Shown here: positions 53,391-58,722 of the stretch, in pieces
Layout of the letters: each line of letters opens with the position of its first letter
How positions within the stretch are numbered: position 1 is the stretch's first letter
Source of the DNA: Catajapyx aquilonaris
Taxonomy: Eukaryota
Assembly: GCA_000934665.2 (NCBI GenBank)
Contig: JYFJ02002340.1
Coordinates: 1 to 58,722, forward strand
DNA length: 58,722 bases
Direction: 5' to 3'
Notes under the pieces: generated by a model
Seen by the model: only the letters and a program-made list of their open reading frames with translations
The model's database searches: none
Told to the model about the DNA's origin: nothing
Position numbers and translations under genes: made by a program

Positions 53391-54704
53391 ACTAGATGTT
53401 GATGTCATTTCAGACACTACATATACATGTACGTAAGACTTGGTTAATCATTGTCAATCAACTCTTGCTTACACTATCAGTTTACACCTTAGAGTACATC
53501 CAAAGTCGCACTTTACACAAACTGCCATATTACACCTGTGCATGGCAGCCTTGCCATCAAGTATTTTATTGCTGTGCAGATCAGATGAGAATAATCTGCC
53601 AAATAATGGTGGTTTGTACTAAGTAATTATCGCACTGGATGCAAGGCACGTTTTGAATATATCAGTGACAGGTGATATAACTGAAAATTAACTCGCAACT
53701 CTATGAATATTTGCAATTTCACTCACACTAATTTTGCAATTCAACATTTTTGTATATATGGTACTGCTTCATGGTTACCTTCTGTTGACCGCCAGTACAG
53801 AAGATAATGCCATGCTTGAATTTTTTGAGGCTGAGGTTAGCTTTAATTTTCTCTGCGGTTCCTGAAGGATTTACAGCCCAGACAAGGGACACAGCCGTAT
53901 CGCAATTTTGGTTTGCAAGCTTCTTGTTGTGATATGGAGATTGGTTCTTGTTCGTCTCTCGTCGGGATTTGTTCCTTGCCGGGGATTAATGTATTACAGG
54001 CTGCACCCCGCCTCTTGTTTTCTCTAGTTAAATCTAATAAGCCTGGTTTTGTAGTTTGCCAGTAATCAAATGTTATAACTGCTTTAATTATTGGTGACAT
54101 ATCCTTATAATTGTTAGCACCTTGGTATTAAAAGCGTCCTTGGCCTTTTCTGAGTCATTGTGAAGGATGTGTTTGCAGGTTGTCGTGTGCGATTAATCAA
54201 GATTGTGCTAGACTTGTGCGTCTGTTGCTACTTACAAAGCCACACTCCTTGAATGGTTCAAGACTTGAACCATTCCAAAATAGGCCAATGTAGCCTTGTT
54301 AGACTCCAGAATAATTTGCATTGTGCCAGTATGTAACATGAGTAATTTCAGTGATCACTTTTAGTCTTCATCTACGAGTATCATTATTCCTTGATGGTTG
54401 TGGAAATTTTCACCGGTAGTCTTTCTGAACAGGAAGTTATTATTCTACATGAAAAATGGAGATGGTTATTATGAGAGGTCGCTGGGAGCTCTCCAACCCA
54501 GCAGTTTTAAGTTCCACGCAAATAGCAATAGGACTTTACCAAAGAAGGAATGCATGCAGACAGGCTGGAGCAAACCACATACCTGAAGTGTCGAATCAAA
54601 AAATATTATTCCAGGTGCTGCTTGGAATGGCCAGAAACGTTTTGTTACCATAACTAGGATGTGTATGAAACAATAGGTAAAATTTATGAAGATTACACTT
54701 ATCA

Positions 54705-54925
54705 CTTAGGTACAGGAGTGGCACAAGTTGCATAACTATCCCAGCGGCAATCAGCTCTGCAATAGGCGGGTTGTTCTCCCGGCTTAACAGCTCTCTGGCC
54801 AGCCTGGCAGCACTCAGTTGCACGTGGGCATCATCTAGATTTATCACCCCCATTATTCAATTTATGGTCAGGGCAGGTCCATGGCTGCCTGGAGAGGACT
54901 TGTGGGACGCAGACTGATGATGCTT
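54705..54925 (-). pseudogene. Importin-alpha (alpha2/pendulin-like) fragment
   Basis: PTSPLQ then LTI..IMGVINLDDAHVQLSAARLARELLSRENNPPIAELIAAGIVMQLVPLL, matching the post-IBB linker and first ARM repeat (QL.A...ARKLLSRE.NPPI...I.AG.V..LV..L). Confidence 0.8.
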
Positions 54926-56224
54926 CCAGGTGACGCTACAAAAATTCTGGGATCAAAAACAAGCAAGTATAAGTTTGGAGGATATAAAGAGTCACCTCTG
55001 GGTGGTCAGCTAATTATTATCCCCGAGCCCATCACCAAAATAGCTCCTCTTTCAGGTCGGGATCAAGTACGACCAGGATTCTCGCTCACTAAAGGTGATC
55101 GTAAACTGTCATTATTGTCACCGTGGCCACCAGAAAGTAGTGCAGAATGTCTGCCAAATGCTCACGTTGAATTCATGATGGTTAGAGATGGCCTCCCATA
55201 TAATTATGATCTGACAATACTCCCAATTTAAATGTAATTATGAAGCATCAGAAGATGCATGCCACAGGAGCTCGAATCTAGCTGGAATATTCAGTGGAGA
55301 GAAATAGGGAGATGTTGTAACCATAGAGGAGGCCCAAGCAAATTTTGGGTTGATGTCAGGTCAAATTTGGAATTTTTTGTATTTTGTATGTTGCATTTGT
55401 TGTGGGTGTGGGGTACTGCTGGTAGCCCCTAGTTAATTTTTGTGGGTTGAGGCGGAATGTGTAATTTATATTCGAGCTGATTAATATGTCGCAGTTTTGT
55501 TGTATTGTTCTTATTGCCATATTAATGACTTTGTGTAATGGAAGGGCGTCATCCTAGATGATATGTTTGCAGGTCGTCGTATGCGATACCTGTAGTGTTT
55601 CTGTGGCTTGCGGGTCTGTTGCGACATGTTGCGGTCCCATGCGACACTCGTTGAATGGTTCAAGGATTGAACCATTTCAAAATAATCGTCGTGTCATTAG
55701 ACTCCAGAATAATTTGTATTGTGCAAGTGTCTGACATGATAAATTGTAAGGATTACAAATATTTCAAGTCTTCTGATCTATGAGCGTTGCATACACCATG
55801 TTTCAGAAACTAGGTGCTCAGCGACCGTGGCAGGTATGCCTTGTAGTAAATCTTTTGTAATGGTATTGCAAGTAGAGTATTGCTTAATGATATAATATTT
55901 ACATAATCACCACTTAATTGTGATTTGTATTGTTTACTTAGATATGACCACGTAAGTTATTCACTGAGCAAATTTTGGTGTGTATGAGTTACTCTGTGTT
56001 GTGAACTGGGCTTGTTCGATCCCGATGGATTTAAGGTCGCTTCAAAAGCCTGCCAAGTTGGGGTGGCATAAGGAAGCATATGCTGATGTAAAAACTCCTA
56101 TTGTCATTTTATTTTCCTGATCTCAGTGTGTACTGCACTCTACCCACCAGTGGCCATATATTATCTGATCATCTGTCAAGAGTTGTGCGTTCTACTCTGA
56201 GTTGTAAGAAAACGAAAAACACCT

Positions 56225-56862
56225 GCTGCTGCACCTAGTTCAATGGAGCAAGTGTGGAGCTTGGGGAACTGGCTTCTTTGTTCTGCTGTTGCACTATGGT
56301 TTATGCCATCTTCTTCTGCTTCGACTATTAATCATTCTGAGCTGGAAATATATCTTCCAAATGTTTCCAATTGCCTCGCCATACAGCGGACTTATGATGT
56401 GGTCGTCATTAGTCTTCGAGGTCTTTCAGGTCACAGTCCAACCCACACCATCACATGCACTTTTGCCATGTGACCTGGCATCAAGGTCCCACTGTATTTT
56501 CATTCCATGGTCGGCCTCATGTGTCGTAGGTTGAGAAAATGGATTCTGTTTTTATACAGAGATGCTGTGTAATCACTGTAGTAGCAGTTCAGATTTGGTT
56601 TTGGGGTAAAATGAGACTATGCATCGAATAAGGTATTTTTGGGAAAGGGGACAACTATATTTGTCATGTGAGGCAATGAGAAACAATAAGGTACTGTACA
56701 TCAGTGTGTCGCTGCCCCTGCTGCTCCCTCTTCACTTCCCGCAGCTGTTGCCGCAGCGGCTGCAGCTCATGCCGCTGTTGTTGGAAGTAATTGTGAAGGG
56801 ATGACCTGCTGCCTGTTCACTGTTCAAGTGGAAACCAAAAGCTGTATTCCGTAATAGGTACA
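56225..56862 (-). mobile_element. Second copy of the Sola2-like relic, within the tandem duplication
   Basis: Near-identical to 52740-53390. Confidence 0.8.
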
Positions 56863-58722
56863 GGTTACTTGATGTTGATCTCATTTCAGACACTACATAT
56901 ACATGTACGTAAGACTTGGTTAATCATTGTCAATCAACTCTTGCTTACACTATCAGGTTACACCTTAGAGTACATCCAGAAGGCGCACTTTACACGAACT
57001 GCAATTGTTATACCTGTGCATGGCGGCCTTGCCATTAAGTATTTATTACTGTGCAGATCAGATGAGAATAATCTGCCAAATAGTGGTGGTTTGTACTAAG
57101 TAAACATCGCACTGGATGCAAGGCACGTTTCGAATATATCAGTGACAGGTGATATAACTGAAAATTAACTCGCAACTCTATGAATATTTGCAATTTCACT
57201 CTCACTTACTAATTTTACAATTCAGAATTTTGGCACTGGTTCCTGGTTACCTTCTGTTGACCGCCAGTACAAAAGATAAATGCCATGCTTGAATTTTTTG
57301 AGGCTGAAGTTTGCTTAAATTTTCTCTGGGATTCCTGAAGGATTTACAGCCCAGACAAGGGACAACGGCCGTATCGCAATTTTGGTTTGAAATCTTCTTG
57401 TTGTGATATGGAGATTGGTTCTTGTTCGTCTCTCGTCGGGATTTGTTCCTTGCCAGGGATTAATGTATTACAGGCTGCAACCCGCCTCTTGTTATCTCTA
57501 GTTAAATCTAATAAGCCTGGTTTTGTAGTTTGACAGTAATCAAATCTAGTTATAACTGCATTAATTATTGGTGACATCCTTATAATTGTTAGCACCTTGT
57601 TATTAAGAGCATCCTTGGCCTTTTCTGTGTCAAGGACAGTTATGTCAGTCTGTTAACTGGAATTACGCAATGCCCATGCTGATTCATTGTTAGACTACTA
57701 TCTTACCCTAGTCACATTTTAAATCTACTGACAGCAAGTCAATTATGTTGGTGAAGGAAGTCAATATTGCCATTGTATTTAATCAAGATGGAGGGTGTTA
57801 GGTTGTCGGATATCTCCCCAAGCACCTACCATGTCATTGTGCTACATTACAGAGTAAGTAGAAGTGGTCATAAGATACATTCTGCTGGACGATAATTATT
57901 TACGGCGGAAACCTGTGCATCTCAATCATGCAATGTGTGACAACATGTGATGCATTATTAGAATGGAAGACCCCAAACATGGATCCTGTTAATTTGTTAA
58001 AATAAATAAAGACTAATTATTACAGTAAGCATGTCACGATGAATTAAATTATCCCACGACTGGGATATAACACATTGATGGCCTTGTACGGTGCAGCCTG
58101 TGATTCGCATAGGTCATTGTGGGGCTAAAGTCTCACAGTATATGATATCACAAAATTTCCGAGACCTTACTAATGCACAGAAGAAGAAATAACAGGTGCA
58201 TTGCAAAGAAAGTGAAGGTTCGAAATATTGTTAGAACAAGGTAGAACCTGTCTGGTGGAGATTTTGGACCGTGAAGACAACTAAATGCTAAGGCATAATT
58301 ATCTAATGTTGTATTGTATACGTGTAATAGAAGGGCATCGCTGTGAAGGATGCGTTTGCAGGTTGTCGTGTGCGATTCATCAGAATTTTGCTAGGAATTG
58401 CGCGTCTGTTGCTACTTACAAAGCCACAGTCCTTGAATGGTTCAAGATTTGAACCATTCCAAAATAGCCTAACGTAGCCTTATTGAACTCCAGAATAATT
58501 TGCATTGTGCCAGTACGTAACATGAGTAATTTCAGTGATCACTTTTACTAGTCCCAATTTTTTTTTTTGCAAGAGAGTAAGCATGCTCGTGGTTGCCACA
58601 CACAGATTTTCAGTCCTCCTTGAATCGTCGGAGCAGGATCAGCCGTAACGGTCGCTCTTGCAGAAGTCTTGGCGACAGGAGACGAGGGACTTGTTTGGTC
58701 CTCGTGTCTGTGCTGGTGGCAC

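Larger units (their letters stand above)
51739..58546. repeat. Recent tandem duplication, offset 3518 bp
   Basis: 51739-54150 matches 55257-57627 at high identity (both start GCATGCCACAGGAGCTCGAATC); 54160-54362 matches 58342-58546. Confidence 0.95.
51900..58550 (-). pseudogene. Decayed LRR-like fragments on the minus strand
   Basis: Minus translations TTLDNYALAFSCL / LPCSNNISNL (~58215-58315), AHDNLQ / ILHSDAL (~58333-58373; homologs ~52050, ~54170), NKTFLAIPSS (~54630). Weaker than the left-arm evidence. Confidence 0.45.

Overview
Animal (probably invertebrate/arthropod-like) genomic DNA with short GT-AG introns. Bases 1-8.4 kb are a compact plus-strand gene block: a two-exon secreted WAP/four-disulfide-core gene with TGA in place of a conserved Cys, four signal-peptide-less ricin-B (R-type) lectin genes (two single-domain, two tandem-domain; the latter two have kB-like sites just upstream of a TATA box), and a 7-exon FLVCR/SLC49-like MFS transporter. 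In the remaining ~50 kb I found no intact gene. It is a mosaic of multi-copy decayed fragments, mostly leucine-rich-repeat (LRR/LRRCT) gene relics, plus transposon pieces (mariner, Sola1, Sola2, R1-like RT, RTE-type SINE, solo LTRs, MITEs) and an importin-alpha fragment. Most recognisable coding relics are on the + strand left of ~51.2 kb and on the - strand right of ~51.7 kb, and base skew flips at the same place. At the flip is a ~580-bp quasi-palindromic GC-rich element with YY1, CCAAT, CRE and GC-box motifs. Best hypothesis (inference): a bidirectionally transcribed, piRNA-cluster-like antisense locus loaded with host LRR-gene fragments as well as TEs. All calls are by-eye translation and alignment; no database searches were run and relic boundaries are approximate.
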